The notes: generated by a model not told the origin, from the sequence alone. Positions 20,241 to 30,860 are shown, numbered from the stretch's first letter. The stretch: DNA of 36,695 nucleotides from Candidatus Woesearchaeota archaeon (GCA_003650545.1 QMQO01000001.1:68845-105539), one strand, 5' to 3'. A program made the numbers and translations.

Positions 20241-20547
20241 TTATCTAGTTGCTGTTTTCCATAAATATTCAAAATAGTTCTTATAAGATTCATAGACCTT
20301 TTTGTGTTCTATTAAAATGCCTATTGGATTTTCCACCCATATGATCATCGCAACTTTTCCATCAAAAACATACCGTAGAAACAGAAGAATTGAATTCTGA
20401 CAGGACATATTTTATTGTTGTTAGGGGTATTATTGTTGGTTTTATTTTAATGTTAGCTACAATTCGCATTTTAATTTTTCTCTTTACTCTTTCTTTGTTC
20501 CATTTTGGGTAATCATATGGCAAATATTCTTTTATTTTGTATTCAGC
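20241..20547 (-). pseudogene. Truncated, frameshifted C-terminal domain of a TrmB-like transcriptional regulator (not in the ORF track)
   Basis: Minus strand reads AEYKIKEYLPYDYPKWNKERVKRKIKMRIVAN...IKYVLSEFNSSVST, then an extra base near 20373, then YVFDGKVAMIIWVENPIGILIEHKKVYESYKNYFEYLWKTATR*. There is an in-frame TGA just upstream and no HTH domain. Confidence 0.7.
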
Positions 20548-20600
20548 TCAAGCCACAAACCAAAACCTTTATATTCGCTCTACTTCTTCATTGTTATAAA

Positions 20601-21164
20601 ATGAACATTGGCTTACTGATAATAATGAGCGTGTACTTCTTTTTACCAGGTGCTTTTGCTAACATGGCTCCTGTTTTCTCTAAAAACATTTTGAAATGGA
20701 TGGCTAAACCGGTTGATTTTGGTTTTAAAGTTCGTGGCAAGCCGTTATTTGGAAAGAATAAAACTTTCCGTGGATTTTTTGTTGGTTTTGTTTATGCTCT
20801 AATTGTTGTATGGGTACAAAAATGGTTGTTTTTGGATTATCCAATTATGAGAGAAATAGCTGTTATTGATTATTCAGCTATCAATATATTCATGTTGGCA
20901 TTTTTGATGAGTTTTGGAGTTCTTATTGGCGATGCTGCCGAATCTTTTTTTAAGAGACAGCGTGGTGTAGAACCTGGAAGATCATGGTTTCCATTTGATC
21001 AACTTGACTTTGTATTTGGATTTTTGATTTTTACACTTTGGACAGTTCCGTGGTTAGTTAATAAATGGTATGTTGCATTAATACTGGTTATAACAATCCC
21101 GATTTTTCATGTGATCTTTAATATTTTTGGGAAATTATTAAAATTAAAAAAAACTTGGATATGA
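20601..21164 (+). CDS. carS: CDP-archaeol synthase
   Basis: Motifs PGAFANMAPV, PVDFG, LFGKNKTFRG, GDAAESFFKRQRG and FPFDQLDF. The start was moved from 20505 to ATG 20601. Confidence 0.88.
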   Translation: MNIGLLIIMSVYFFLPGAFANMAPVFSKNILKWMAKPVDFGFKVRGKPLFGKNKTFRGFFVGFVYALIVVWVQKWLFLDYPIMREIAVIDYSAINIFMLAFLMSFGVLIGDAAESFFKRQRGVEPGRSWFPFDQLDFVFGFLIFTLWTVPWLVNKWYVALILVITIPIFHVIFNIFGKLLKLKKTWI

Positions 21165-21184
21165 AGATAGGGTGACCACCTAAA

Positions 21185-21616
21185 ATGGTAGAACAAACAC
21201 AAACTGAATCTGTCCTGCAGCAACAAGTTTATCCCAAAACAAAGCTGATTTCAGCTCCATGTGAAAAAACAAATGAAGACATATTAAAGATTCTTGCAGC
21301 TGTTGGGTACCCTATATGGATTTTTGCTGCTATAACAATTGCACTTTCTAAGAAAGGAGATAAGTGGCGCTACCACGGATGGCAGGCATTGTTTCTATTT
21401 GTTTGTTATATCATACTGTTCCTCGCATTAGAAACAGTGAAGATGATTTTTGGATTTATATTAGGGGTAGGGTTTATCTTTGGAATGTTACAATGGCTAT
21501 TAACAATTGCGTATTTAACAACAGCAATAGTTTATGGTGTTAAGGCGTATTCTGGCAAAATGTTTCAGATACCATTTGTGTATAAGTTTATGATGATTTC
21601 TATTAAGGAATATTGA
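21185..21616 (+). CDS. Small membrane protein (DUF4870-like)
   Basis: Three TM segments; motifs RYHGWQALFL and KAYSGKMFQIPFV. Confidence 0.65.
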   Translation: MVEQTQTESVLQQQVYPKTKLISAPCEKTNEDILKILAAVGYPIWIFAAITIALSKKGDKWRYHGWQALFLFVCYIILFLALETVKMIFGFILGVGFIFGMLQWLLTIAYLTTAIVYGVKAYSGKMFQIPFVYKFMMISIKEY

Positions 21617-21786
21617 TACTTCTTATTTTTTTAATTTTTTATCTTCTATTTTTTTTTACCTTTTTGATTTTATCTGTCTGAATATTTTTGATTTTATCTT
21701 CCTGAAAGTATGAACTTGTTTTTCTGAAATTATAAATACTTATTTCAGTAAACTATTTATTAATCACTAAATTATGTTTATCTTGG

Positions 21787-22959
21787 ATGCAAAAAAGAGG
21801 TTTTTTCCGCGGCATTGGTAAGAATGTTTTGATCTTAGGTTTTGTTAGTATGCTAACTGACTTAAGTAGTCAGATGGTGTTTCCTTTAATACCACTTTTC
21901 TTGTTATCTGTTCTAAAATCGCCAGCATGGGTTATAGGTTTGATAGAAGGTTCGGCTATTACAACTGCTAGTATTTTTGATGCGTTGTCCGGTCATTGGT
22001 CTGACATTGCACAAAAAAGGAAAAGATTTGTGTTTTTAGGGTATGGATTGTCGACTATAACAAAGCCGCTGTTTGCTTTGGCAACAGTATGGCCTTTTGT
22101 TTTGATTACTAGAATTGTTGAACGTGTTGGTAAGGGTATTAGAGACGCACCGCGTGATGCGCTCATTGCAGAATCGACTACTGTTAAGGCAAGGGGAAAG
22201 GCGTATGGCTTCCAACGTTCGTTAGATGGTATTGGTTCGATATTAGGAGCATGTGCAGCTTATCTGCTGCTCGACATTCTAGGGTATAGAAAACTCTTCT
22301 TGTTAACTTTTATTCCTGGATTTTTTACTGTTCTTCTTATTCTTTTTGTGAAAGAAAAAAAGAGGATTAAATATTATAAGAAAGAAAAACTGAAAATTGG
22401 TTTGAAAAATTTTCCATTAAACCTTAAACTATTCATCATAATGTCAGCTGTATTCTATCTTGGTAATTTTGGTTATACTTTTTTGTTGTTAAAGGCTAAA
22501 GATATTGGAGTTCAAGATAGCTCTGCAGTTTTAATGTACATATTGTTCTATGTTGTTTATTCTTTGTTCACTATTCCAGCAGGATTATTGTCTGATAAAC
22601 TTGGAAGAAAGCCTATACTCCTAGTTGGGTATGCTTTGTTTACAATAACATCTATAGGTTTGGTTTTTTCGACTTCGTTGTTGTCTGTTGTTGTATTTTT
22701 TGCAATTTTCGGAGTATTTTTTGCTGCTGTTGATAGTGTTCAAAGAGCTTTTGCAGTGGATCTGGCGCCTAAACGTCTAAAGGCCACGGCTTTGGGAACA
22801 TTACATGCTGCAATCGGTCTTGTTGCCCTACCTGGTGGTTTTATTGCGGGTATGTTGTGGGACAAAATTAGCCCTGCTGCAACATTTATTTATGGAGCGG
22901 TGTTGGCTGCTATTGCTATTGTAATGTTTTTCTTGTGCATTAAGCCAAAGAAGCGCTAA
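21787..22959 (+). CDS. MFS transporter
   Basis: About 12 TM segments; motifs GLLSDKLGRK and RVGKGIRDAPRDALIA. Confidence 0.9.
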   Translation: MQKRGFFRGIGKNVLILGFVSMLTDLSSQMVFPLIPLFLLSVLKSPAWVIGLIEGSAITTASIFDALSGHWSDIAQKRKRFVFLGYGLSTITKPLFALATVWPFVLITRIVERVGKGIRDAPRDALIAESTTVKARGKAYGFQRSLDGIGSILGACAAYLLLDILGYRKLFLLTFIPGFFTVLLILFVKEKKRIKYYKKEKLKIGLKNFPLNLKLFIIMSAVFYLGNFGYTFLLLKAKDIGVQDSSAVLMYILFYVVYSLFTIPAGLLSDKLGRKPILLVGYALFTITSIGLVFSTSLLSVVVFFAIFGVFFAAVDSVQRAFAVDLAPKRLKATALGTLHAAIGLVALPGGFIAGMLWDKISPAATFIYGAVLAAIAIVMFFLCIKPKKR

Positions 22960-23417
22960 AGCAAAATAAGAATGATTCCAATCACTAAAAACCAAACATA
23001 TTCGATAAATAATTTACCTAACATTTTTTTAAGATTGAGTTTTTCATTATTTGCAAAGAATATTACCCCTATTGTCAAGCCAAGTAAGTAAATTAATGTT
23101 GCTACAAGCTCAAAGCTCTGAAGTGTGAGTGTAGATGCATAATAGAATATAAAAGCGGTCAGTGGAAAAAGTATCCTGTTGCTTAGGTTAAAGAACAATA
23201 ACAACATAAATATGGGGGCTGCAATAAAAGCTGCATATGGGTTAACGAAGTAAGCAAATGTTCCTAGAATACCTGAGAAAAGCGAATTCTTGATGACTCT
23301 TATGTACTTTAAAGCGGGCTTTACTTCTAGCTTTGAGAGATATGCAAGTATTAAGCCAATATAAATAGAAAGAAAAGAAATAACCAATGTTGTTAGAAGA
23401 TTTATCTGTTTGACCAT
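22956..23417 (-). CDS. Hypothetical membrane protein
   Basis: 153 aa, multiple hydrophobic segments. Confidence 0.65.
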   Translation of the reverse strand: MVKQINLLTTLVISFLSIYIGLILAYLSKLEVKPALKYIRVIKNSLFSGILGTFAYFVNPYAAFIAAPIFMLLLFFNLSNRILFPLTAFIFYYASTLTLQSFELVATLIYLLGLTIGVIFFANNEKLNLKKMLGKLFIEYVWFLVIGIILILL

Positions 23418-23548
23418 TTTAGTAGTGGTTTGCCTCTTTTTTGGCCAAGCCAGAGAAATCTTTCGTCAATGCTTTCTTTTTTTCTTAGCAAATACGTTGT
23501 CAACACCGTAATCAACATTATTCCTATTAAGGTGATTATTTCGATCAT
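23402..23548 (-). CDS. Small (48 aa) single-TM protein, below the ORF-track cutoff
   Basis: MIEIITLIGIMLITVLTTYLLRKKESIDERFLWLGQKRGKPLLKWSNR*. It has a GGTGA SD-like motif and fills the gap between alba and the next gene. Confidence 0.55.
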   Translation of the reverse strand: MIEIITLIGIMLITVLTTYLLRKKESIDERFLWLGQKRGKPLLKWSNR

Positions 23549-23585
23549 ACTACTGTCACCCCCAAATTGTTTATTTATTGTTTAT

Positions 23586-23867
23586 TTATTTCTTACTTAG
23601 TAAGATTTCAATAGAGCTGACTCTTACTTGTTTACCTTCTTTATTTTCGAATTCATCTGAGTCTATTTTGATATCCTTTACTTCTACTTGGTCTTTTAGG
23701 AAGCGTTTTATCGCTACTTCGGCTACGTCTACTGCTCTTGAAATAAATTTGCCGCGTGCTTTTACTATTATTTCGTCTGCATTTTTAGTCGTGAACTGCA
23801 TCACTATTGCAGTAACGTAGTTCATAAAGGGTTTGCCCCCAACAAAGATAGAGTTGTCTCCTGCCAT
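23586..23867 (-). CDS. albA: DNA/RNA-binding protein Alba
   Basis: IFVGGKPFMNYV...KARGKFISRAVDVAE...VSSIEI. Confidence 0.95.
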   Translation of the reverse strand: MAGDNSIFVGGKPFMNYVTAIVMQFTTKNADEIIVKARGKFISRAVDVAEVAIKRFLKDQVEVKDIKIDSDEFENKEGKQVRVSSIEILLSKK

Positions 23868-23879
23868 TGCTAAACCTCC

Positions 23880-24074
23880 TTAAAGTTCTTCTTTTGTTTT
23901 TGTAAGTCTTGTAACATACCCTGCAATGATGTTTCTTAGTTTTTTACTTGGAATGTTTGCGAATTTTTCAACTAGTTTTTTATTCTCTTCAAAATTGTTC
24001 TTAAATTCATCTCCGTACTCTCTAATCAATTCGTGTGTTTTTCTCTTTATCAATTGTGTTCTGATACGTCCCAT
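23880..24074 (-). CDS. rps17e: 30S ribosomal protein S17e
   Basis: MGRIRTQLIKR...FEENKKLV...SKKLRNIIAGYVT. An alternative start lies at 24083. Confidence 0.95.
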   Translation of the reverse strand: MGRIRTQLIKRKTHELIREYGDEFKNNFEENKKLVEKFANIPSKKLRNIIAGYVTRLTKTKEEL

Positions 24075-24483
24075 TACTGGCATGATTTTGATTTTTGTTT
24101 ATAAAAGTTTTGTAGAAAGATACATATTTTTAAATGATTGCTATATGGAAATAAAAAAATAGACTAGATATTTTCTTTTTTATTTTTTAGATTTGTCTAT
24201 TATTTTTTTTAGCTTTTTTGAAACTTAGTTTTCTAAAAGCGTACTTTTATAGATAAAATTCATTTTTTTTGGTAGATAAATTTTTATGGATAAGAGCGAT
24301 AAGAGCTAATCAACAAATAAAAATTGATGGAAAATAAAAAATGCAAACCCTTAAATATTCCTTATTTTTTTCAAAATATAAACCTATGACGTATGAAGGC
24401 GAAAGTCTGAAGAGGTAATTCATTGAATTACTTCTGGTAAAGTTAATAAAGACTAAGAGATAAAAACTAAGAGAGGGGTAATT

Positions 24484-24804
24484 ATGGCTGATGAAGATAA
24501 AATCTATGAAATTATCGAGGTCGCAAGAAGTACTGGTAAGATCAAAAAAGGAACAAATGAAGTGACAAAAACACTTGAAAAGGGTGCTGCTAAACTGGTT
24601 GTTGTTGCAAAAGATATCACACCACCCGAAGTGGTGATGCATCTTCCTTTACTTGCTAAAGAGAAGAATGTACCGCTAGTGGAAGTGCCAAGTAAAGAAG
24701 AGCTTGGTGCAGCAGCAGGCTTAAGTGTGGGTACTGCAAGTGTTGCAGTCATTCAAGAAGGGGAAGCAAAAAACCTTATCGAAGCATTGAAGAGCGAAGG
24801 TTAA
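24484..24804 (+). CDS. rpl7ae: 50S ribosomal protein L7Ae
   Basis: [12 protein letters not shown]...[16 protein letters not shown]...ELGAAAGL. Confidence 0.95.
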   Translation: MADEDKIYEIIEVARSTGKIKKGTNEVTKTLEKGAAKLVVVAKDITPPEVVMHLPLLAKEKNVPLVEVPSKEELGAAAGLSVGTASVAVIQEGEAKNLIEALKSEG

Positions 24805-24806
24805 AA

Positions 24807-25112
24807 ATGGGGTCTACAAAGATAAGGGATTATACAAAGTTTAAGAAAGGTCAAGAAGCACAGACAAAAGGGCAGATTAACTTCAGTACAGCAGTTCCAG
24901 CAAGAGTCGAAGAGATAATAGGTCGGACCGGTGCAAGAGGCGAAGCTATTCAAGTTAGGTGTAAGGTCTTGGAAGGACGGGATCAGAACAAAGTGCTTAG
25001 ACGAAATGTTAAAGGACTTGTTAGGATCGGAGACATCCTGATGCTACGTGAGACTGAGATAGAAGCACGACCTTTGAGTAGGAAGGGTAGGGGTGTGATA
25101 AGAAATGTCTAG
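24807..25112 (+). CDS. rps28e: 30S ribosomal protein S28e (N-terminally extended)
   Basis: [21 protein letters not shown]...[19 protein letters not shown]. Confidence 0.93.
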   Translation: MGSTKIRDYTKFKKGQEAQTKGQINFSTAVPARVEEIIGRTGARGEAIQVRCKVLEGRDQNKVLRRNVKGLVRIGDILMLRETEIEARPLSRKGRGVIRNV

Positions 25113-25293
25113 ATGTGACTTCTGTAAAAAGGTTATAGAGCGTGGTACAGGAAAGATATATGTCAAATCAGATGGCAAAATTCTTTATTTTTGTTCAAGT
25201 AAATGTGAAAAGAATACATTTAAGCTAAATAGAAAATCACGTGAAACAAAGTGGACTCGCGAGTACCATAAACTAAAGAAGACAGGTAGATGA
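25105..25293 (+). CDS. rpl24e: 50S ribosomal protein L24e
   Basis: CDFC...[21 protein letters not shown]...KWT. Confidence 0.95.
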   Translation: MSRCDFCKKVIERGTGKIYVKSDGKILYFCSSKCEKNTFKLNRKSRETKWTREYHKLKKTGR

Positions 25294-25299
25294 TGAAAA

Positions 25300-25890
25300 A
25301 TGAAAAAACTAGAAGAACATGTTGAAAGAACTTTAATTCTTGCAAAGCACGATGCTATCCAACGTGGTTTAGTTGGAGAGATAATCAAAAGGTTCGAGAA
25401 TCGTGGAATGAAGATTGTTGCATGCAAAATGGTAGAGCCAACGGAAGAAATGTTGGCTTTGCATTATCCAGATGATGAAGAATGGAAGAAGAGAGTTGGA
25501 GCTAGAAACAGAGAGATCATGGCTGAAAAAGGTATTGAGATGAAAGAGAGTGATGTTGAATTCGGTGCCATGATAAGAGCATATAACATGGCAAGTTTAC
25601 GTGGTACCCCGTTACTAGCATTTGTGTTTGAGGGTTTGCATGCAGTTGAGATCGGAAGAAAAATAGTAGGTCATACAGAACCTCGCAAGGCTGATCCTGG
25701 AACAATCAGAGGAGATTTTTCAACAGAGAGTTTTCAGTTAGCAGATGTTGAGAAACGAGTTGTTCGTAACTTAGTGCATGCATCTGGCTCGAAAAAGGAA
25801 GCTGAAAACGAGATTAAGATTTGGTTTAAGGACGAAGAGATCTATGACTATGAAAAACACGACTGGGTTGTGATGCATAGCTTTGACTAA
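25300..25890 (+). CDS. ndk: Nucleoside diphosphate kinase
   Basis: ERTLILAKHDAIQRGLVGEII, PGTIRGDF and NLVHASGS. Confidence 0.93.
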   Translation: MKKLEEHVERTLILAKHDAIQRGLVGEIIKRFENRGMKIVACKMVEPTEEMLALHYPDDEEWKKRVGARNREIMAEKGIEMKESDVEFGAMIRAYNMASLRGTPLLAFVFEGLHAVEIGRKIVGHTEPRKADPGTIRGDFSTESFQLADVEKRVVRNLVHASGSKKEAENEIKIWFKDEEIYDYEKHDWVVMHSFD

Positions 25891-25912
25891 TAGTTTTGAC
25901 TAAGGTGGTAGA

Positions 25913-26581
25913 TTGAATGTTGTACTATTAGGATCGCAGGGTGTTGGGAAAGGTACGTATGCACAACGTTTAAAGGATATCTATAAGATTCCACATGTTG
26001 CAATAGGCGATCTATTCCGAGAAGAGATGAGAAGTGGCAGCAAGCTTGGCAACAAAATTGCTGAATTTGTAAATACCGGTAAGTTAGTCCCTGATGATAT
26101 TGCGCTAGAAGTTTTGAAGAAAAGACTCACAAAAAAAGATACAAAAAACGGTTTTTTGTTGGATGGTTTTCCTCGCACATTAGACCAGGCAAAGGCTTTG
26201 GAAAAGATAACTAAGATTGATAAAGTTATTTATTATCATGCAAGCGAAGATGTTATTGTTGATCGTCTAAGCGGAAGAAGAACTTGTAGGAAATGTGCGC
26301 ATATTTACCACATTAAATTTTTACCACCTAAAAAAGAGGGTGTTTGTGATATCTGTGGAGGAGAACTCTACCAAAGAGAAGATGATTATCCTGAAGCTAT
26401 CAGGAAAAGACTTTCTATTTATTACAAGAAAACCGCTCCCCTTATTGATTATTATAAGAAGAAGGGTTTGCTTGTCGAAATCGACGCTAACCTAAATATT
26501 TCAGATCCAAGATCGCATATTATTAAAGACACGCAAGATATTTTAGACAGATTAAAACAAGAAAAACAAATGAAAAATTAG
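25913..26581 (+). CDS. adk: Adenylate kinase (long, zinc-lid type), TTG start
   Basis: GSQGVGKGT, GFLLDGFPRT and a CxxC...CxxC lid. Confidence 0.93.
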   Translation: MNVVLLGSQGVGKGTYAQRLKDIYKIPHVAIGDLFREEMRSGSKLGNKIAEFVNTGKLVPDDIALEVLKKRLTKKDTKNGFLLDGFPRTLDQAKALEKITKIDKVIYYHASEDVIVDRLSGRRTCRKCAHIYHIKFLPPKKEGVCDICGGELYQREDDYPEAIRKRLSIYYKKTAPLIDYYKKKGLLVEIDANLNISDPRSHIIKDTQDILDRLKQEKQMKN

Positions 26582-26602
26582 ATCTTTGATAGATGAAGAT
26601 GG

Positions 26603-26686
26603 AAAAAATATGCTAAAAAAATATGCTAAAAAATGTGCTAAAAAAATGCACAAAATGTCTAAAAAAAAATATGCAGAAAAAATATA
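26603..26686. repeat. Degenerate tandem repeat of AAAAAATATGCT-like units in the adk-fusA intergenic region
   Basis: About 6-7 imperfect 11-14 nt units are visible directly. Confidence 0.6.
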
Positions 26687-27071
26687 CTGCTTCTATGCCC
26701 ATGTTTGCTAAGGAATATTTTAAATAAACTATGATTTACTATTTTAAATAACATAGAATTTAACATTTACGAACCTATACAACTTTGAAGTTGAACGAAA
26801 GATTTAAAAACGGCTCTCAAATACTTTGATATAACTTATCCTTAAGTAAGAATATGTTACCACTGTTACCACATCTTGTGGTTAACAATTTTCGCGGATT
26901 TGAATGACGAGAATGACGAGCAAGGATAAATGTTGCAAAACCTGTTTAAATGCAATAAAATAGCTAATCAATAGCGTAAAATTCAAAAAATTTAATTATT
27001 ACTCAATGAGAAGAAAGATGCTCAAGATTTAGAAATTGATTTGGACTTTATGAGAGGAGGTATGAAAAAAC

Positions 27072-29287
27072 ATGGCTGAAAGGATGGTTGAAAAGGTTAC
27101 TAGGCTCATGAAAGAGCAATCACAAATCAGAAACATCGCTATTGCGGCCCATATCGATTGAGATTAAAGCGAGAGCTTATTCTCCGAGTGCATGGAAAAA
27201 CCACATTTTCTGATAACCTTCTAGCTGGTGCTGGAATGATGGCTGAAGAACTAGCCGGAAAAGCTTGTGTTCTTGATTTTCGTGAAGACGAACAAGAAAG
27301 AGGAATCACAATCGATGCTGCCAATGTTTCGATGGTGCATGAATTTGAAGGCGAAGAATATCTGATAAATCTTATCGATACTCCAGGTCATGTTGACTTT
27401 GGCGGCGATGTAACAAGAGCGATGCGCGCTGTTGACGGTGCTATTGTGCTTTGTTGCGCTTCTGAAGGGATAATGCCTCAGACAGAGACTGTTCTGAGGC
27501 AGGCTCTAAAAGAAAGAGTTAAGCCTATCTTATTTATCAATAAAACTGATCGCTTGATCAAGGAGCTTCAGCTAACGCCTGAAGCAATGCAAGAACGATT
27601 TATTAACATAATAAACAATGTTAATCAACTGATAAGAGGTATTGCAGAAAAGGAGTACGCAGAAAAATGGCTTGTTAATGTGCAGGATGGTAGCGTTTGT
27701 TTTGGTTCTGCATTTCATAATTGGGCGTTATCTCTTCCATATATGAAAAAGAAGGGAATTACGTTTAAGGATATAATTTCTGCTTACCAAAGTGGAAATG
27801 ATGAGGATTGGAAGGCTCTTAAGAAAAAGGCGCCATTACATGAAGTTGTTCTTGATGCAGTTGTAAAGCATTTACCAAATCCTCTTGAAGCTCAAGAATA
27901 TAGAATCCCTAAGATTTGGCACGGTGAACTTGAAAGTGAAGAAGGTAGGTCGTTAGTCAAATGTGATTCGAAGGGACCATTATTTTTTGTGATTACTAAG
28001 GTTGTTATAGATCCGCAGGCTGGCGAGATTTCAGCTGGCAGGCTCTTTTCTGGAACAATGACTAAAGGAACTCAGGTTTTTTTGAATCGTGCAAGGCAAC
28101 ATGCAAGGATACAACAAGTTTATATTTATAACGGAGCAAAGCGCGAGATTGTTGACAATGTTCCAGCAGGAAACATAATAGGTGTTGGTGGATTGAAACT
28201 GGGTTTACCTGGTGAAACAGTAACCTTTGAAGATACAGAACCGTTTGAGAAGATCACTCACATCTTTGAGCCGGTTGTAACAAAGGCAATCGAAGCTAAG
28301 AAGCCTAGCGACTTACCAAAGTTAATAGAAGTGCTAAGGCAGGTCCAGAAAGAGGATCCTACTATAACAATCAATATTAATGAGGAGACAGGTGAGCATT
28401 TAATGAGTGGGATGGGAGAACTCCACTTGGAGGTTATTGAGCATAGAATTGTTAAGGATAAAGGTATCGAAGTACAGACTTCCCCTCCTATAGTTGTTTA
28501 CAGAGAAGCAATCACAAAACCAGGTGAGGAATATATGGGTAAGTCACCTAACAAACATAATCACCTATTTTTCGAAGTAAGACCATTAATGCCAGAGGTT
28601 GCGAAAAAAATAAAGAAGGATGAAATATATGAAGGTAGGATCAAGAAAAAGGATCAGAAGTTGATAGATGCATTTGTTGAGGCTGGCTATGATGCAAAGA
28701 CAGCTGCGAAGATTAAGAATGTTTGTAAAGGCAATATACTAATAGATGGTACTCGAGGTATAGTACATATTGGCGAGATAATGGAGATGGTAAATGACAT
28801 GTTTGAAGATGTGATGAATGCAGGTCCAATAGCAAGAGAGCCTTGTATTAATATGGAGGTTACACTAACTGATTGTAAACTACATGAAGATGCTATTCAT
28901 CGTGGACCTGCACAGATCTACCCTGCTGTTCGTGAGGGTATCCGTGGAAGTATTATGTCTGCAAAACCCATTATATTTGAACCAGTACAAACATTACAGT
29001 TTGAGGCACCAGCAGAATATATGGGCGAGTTGAGTAAATTAGTGAGCAATAAACGTGGACAGTTATTGGAGATGAACCAAGAAGGAACGATTGTTGTTGT
29101 TAAGGCAAAGTTACCTGTTGGAGAAATGTTTGGATTAAGCTCAGACTTAAGATCTGCAACAGGAGGCAGAGGAAACTTCTATTTGATTGACCAGAGCTAT
29201 CAAAAACTGCCAGACGAGTTACAACAGAAGATCATTAAACAGATTCGTGATAGGAAAGGTTTGAAAGAAGGGCAGGTTGGGGTATAG
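27072..29287 (+). CDS. fusA: Archaeal elongation factor 2, intron-split: exon 1 27072-27158, exon 2 27191-29287 (727 aa after splicing)
   Basis: Exon 1 MAERMVEKVTRLMKEQSQIRNIAIAAHID joins exon 2 HGKTTFSDNLL...ERGITI...DTPGHVDF...HEDAIHRGPAQ. GAGGAGG lies upstream. The ORF-track start at 27158 is an artefact of the intron. Confidence 0.95.
27159..27190 (+). other. 32-nt BHB-type mRNA intron in the EF-2 gene
   Basis: Sequence TGAGATTAAAGCGAGAGCTTATTCTCCGAGTG. Exon helix CCAT/ATGG, central helix ATCG/CGAG, bulges AT|T and TG|C, intron helix GAGA/TCTC, terminal AAGC-GAGA-GCTT hairpin. Confidence 0.88.
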
Positions 29288-29567
29288 ATTCTTAATAGAT
29301 TCTTAAATTAATGTAGCTTAGGTTAAGTCAACCTTGATAGGTTAACTTTGATAGGTTAAACTGCCCTGTTTCACATGTACCAAAGATGACTAGAAGCATC
29401 TAATATTAGCATACTTATTAGCACACTTAAGTTGATAGTGCCATTAGCTTGAATCAAAAAATTGTTCTGTTAAATAATTATTTTCTTATATAGAAATAAT
29501 AGTAACATTTATAAATATGGTCAAAAACCCATATAGAACTTATTTATAATAGTTGGAGGGGTATTAC

Positions 29568-30860
29568 ATGGCAAAAGATAAAGAACATATCAACATAGTG
29601 TTCATCGGACATGTTGATCATGGTAAATCCACGATTGTTGGAAGATTACTATTTGACAGCGGTAATATCGATGAACAGACACTTAGAAAGTTGAAGGAAA
29701 AAGCAGCAGAGCTAGGTAAAGCTGGCTTCGAGTTCGCTTTTGTGATGGATAACCTGAAAGAGGAGCGAGAACGTGGGGTTACTATTGACCTAAGCCATAA
29801 GAAGTTTACAACTGATAAATATTACTTTACTATAATCGATGCTCCTGGACATAAAGACTTCATCAAGAACATGATTACCGGCGCAAGCCAGGCTGATGTA
29901 GCTGTTCTGGTTGTAGCTGCAAATGATAGTGTGATGGCACAGACAAAAGAACACGCCTATCTTGCAAAGGTACTTGGAGTGCAACAGATGATTGTTGCAA
30001 TTAATAAGATGGACATTAAAGGAGTAGAGTATAGTGAAGAACGATTCAACAAAGTTAAAGAAGATGTCACAAACTTGCTAAAGTCGATAGGATTTAAGAC
30101 AGAAGAGATACCATTCTTGCCTGTTGCAGCTCTTGTTGGGGATAATATTGTAAAAAAGAGTGAAAAAATGGAATGGTATAAAGGCGATACTCTTCTGCAG
30201 GCTATGGATAACCTAAATCCACCAGAAAAACCTACTGAATTACCATTGAGACTACCAATACAGGATGTATATAATATTACTGGTATTGGTGTTGTCCCTG
30301 TTGGTAGGGTTGAGACAGGCGTAATGAAGGTTGGCGATAAAGTAATTGTTGTGCCAGCTCGAGAAGGTAAAGGTATAACTGGTGAAGTGAAGAGTATAGA
30401 GATGCATCATGAGCAGATGGATCAAGCTGAGCCTGGTGATAATGTTGGTTTTTCAGTGAGAGGTATTGGAAAGAAAGATGTAGCAAGGGGAGATGTTTTA
30501 GGCCACGTAGATAATGTGCCGACTGTAGCAGAAGAATTTACAGCGCAGATTATTGTGCTAAATCATCCTAGTGTGATAACTGCTGGTTATACACCTGTTT
30601 TCCACATTCACACAGCACAGGTTGCATGTACTATTACTGCGATTGAAAAGAAGCTAAACCCTGCAACAGGTGAAGTTATGCAGGAGAATCCTGATTTTAT
30701 CAGGAATGGCGATGCTGCTATAGTAAAAATCAAGCCAACACAACCTTTATGCATTGAAAAGAAAGAAGATATTCCGCAAATGTCAAGCTTTGCTATTAGG
30801 GATAGTGGTGCGACAGTCGCAGCAGGTATGTGTATTGACTTGAAAAAGAAAGAAATATAA
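29568..30860 (+). CDS. tuf: Archaeal elongation factor 1-alpha
   Basis: [26 protein letters not shown] and NKMD. ATG 29568 follows a GGAGG SD motif. Confidence 0.97.
   Translation: MAKDKEHINIVFIGHVDHGKSTIVGRLLFDSGNIDEQTLRKLKEKAAELGKAGFEFAFVMDNLKEERERGVTIDLSHKKFTTDKYYFTIIDAPGHKDFIKNMITGASQADVAVLVVAANDSVMAQTKEHAYLAKVLGVQQMIVAINKMDIKGVEYSEERFNKVKEDVTNLLKSIGFKTEEIPFLPVAALVGDNIVKKSEKMEWYKGDTLLQAMDNLNPPEKPTELPLRLPIQDVYNITGIGVVPVGRVETGVMKVGDKVIVVPAREGKGITGEVKSIEMHHEQMDQAEPGDNVGFSVRGIGKKDVARGDVLGHVDNVPTVAEEFTAQIIVLNHPSVITAGYTPVFHIHTAQVACTITAIEKKLNPATGEVMQENPDFIRNGDAAIVKIKPTQPLCIEKKEDIPQMSSFAIRDSGATVAAGMCIDLKKKEI

Noticed and set aside
20505..20600. N-terminal extension of CarS in the ORF track
   Set aside because: It starts at TTG and overlaps the TrmB-like remnant and likely promoter DNA. 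Similarity to CarS begins after ATG 20601.
26603..26686. Repeat tract as a CRISPR array
   Set aside because: The units are short, degenerate and contiguous, with no spacers and no cas genes.
26590..27070. rps7 or an ncRNA expected upstream of fusA
   Set aside because: I found no recognisable ORF or stable structure. The str operon is simply rearranged here.
27158..27190. ORF-track N-terminus of EF-2 (MRLKRELILRV, TTG start)
   Set aside because: It is intron sequence read in the exon 2 frame and would delete the first half of the G1 motif.
27159..27190. Programmed frameshift, stop readthrough, selenocysteine or intein as explanations for the fusA break
   Set aside because: A simple shift or readthrough would leave about 10 extra residues inside the P-loop, and 32 nt is not a multiple of three. 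The boundaries match BHB geometry exactly.
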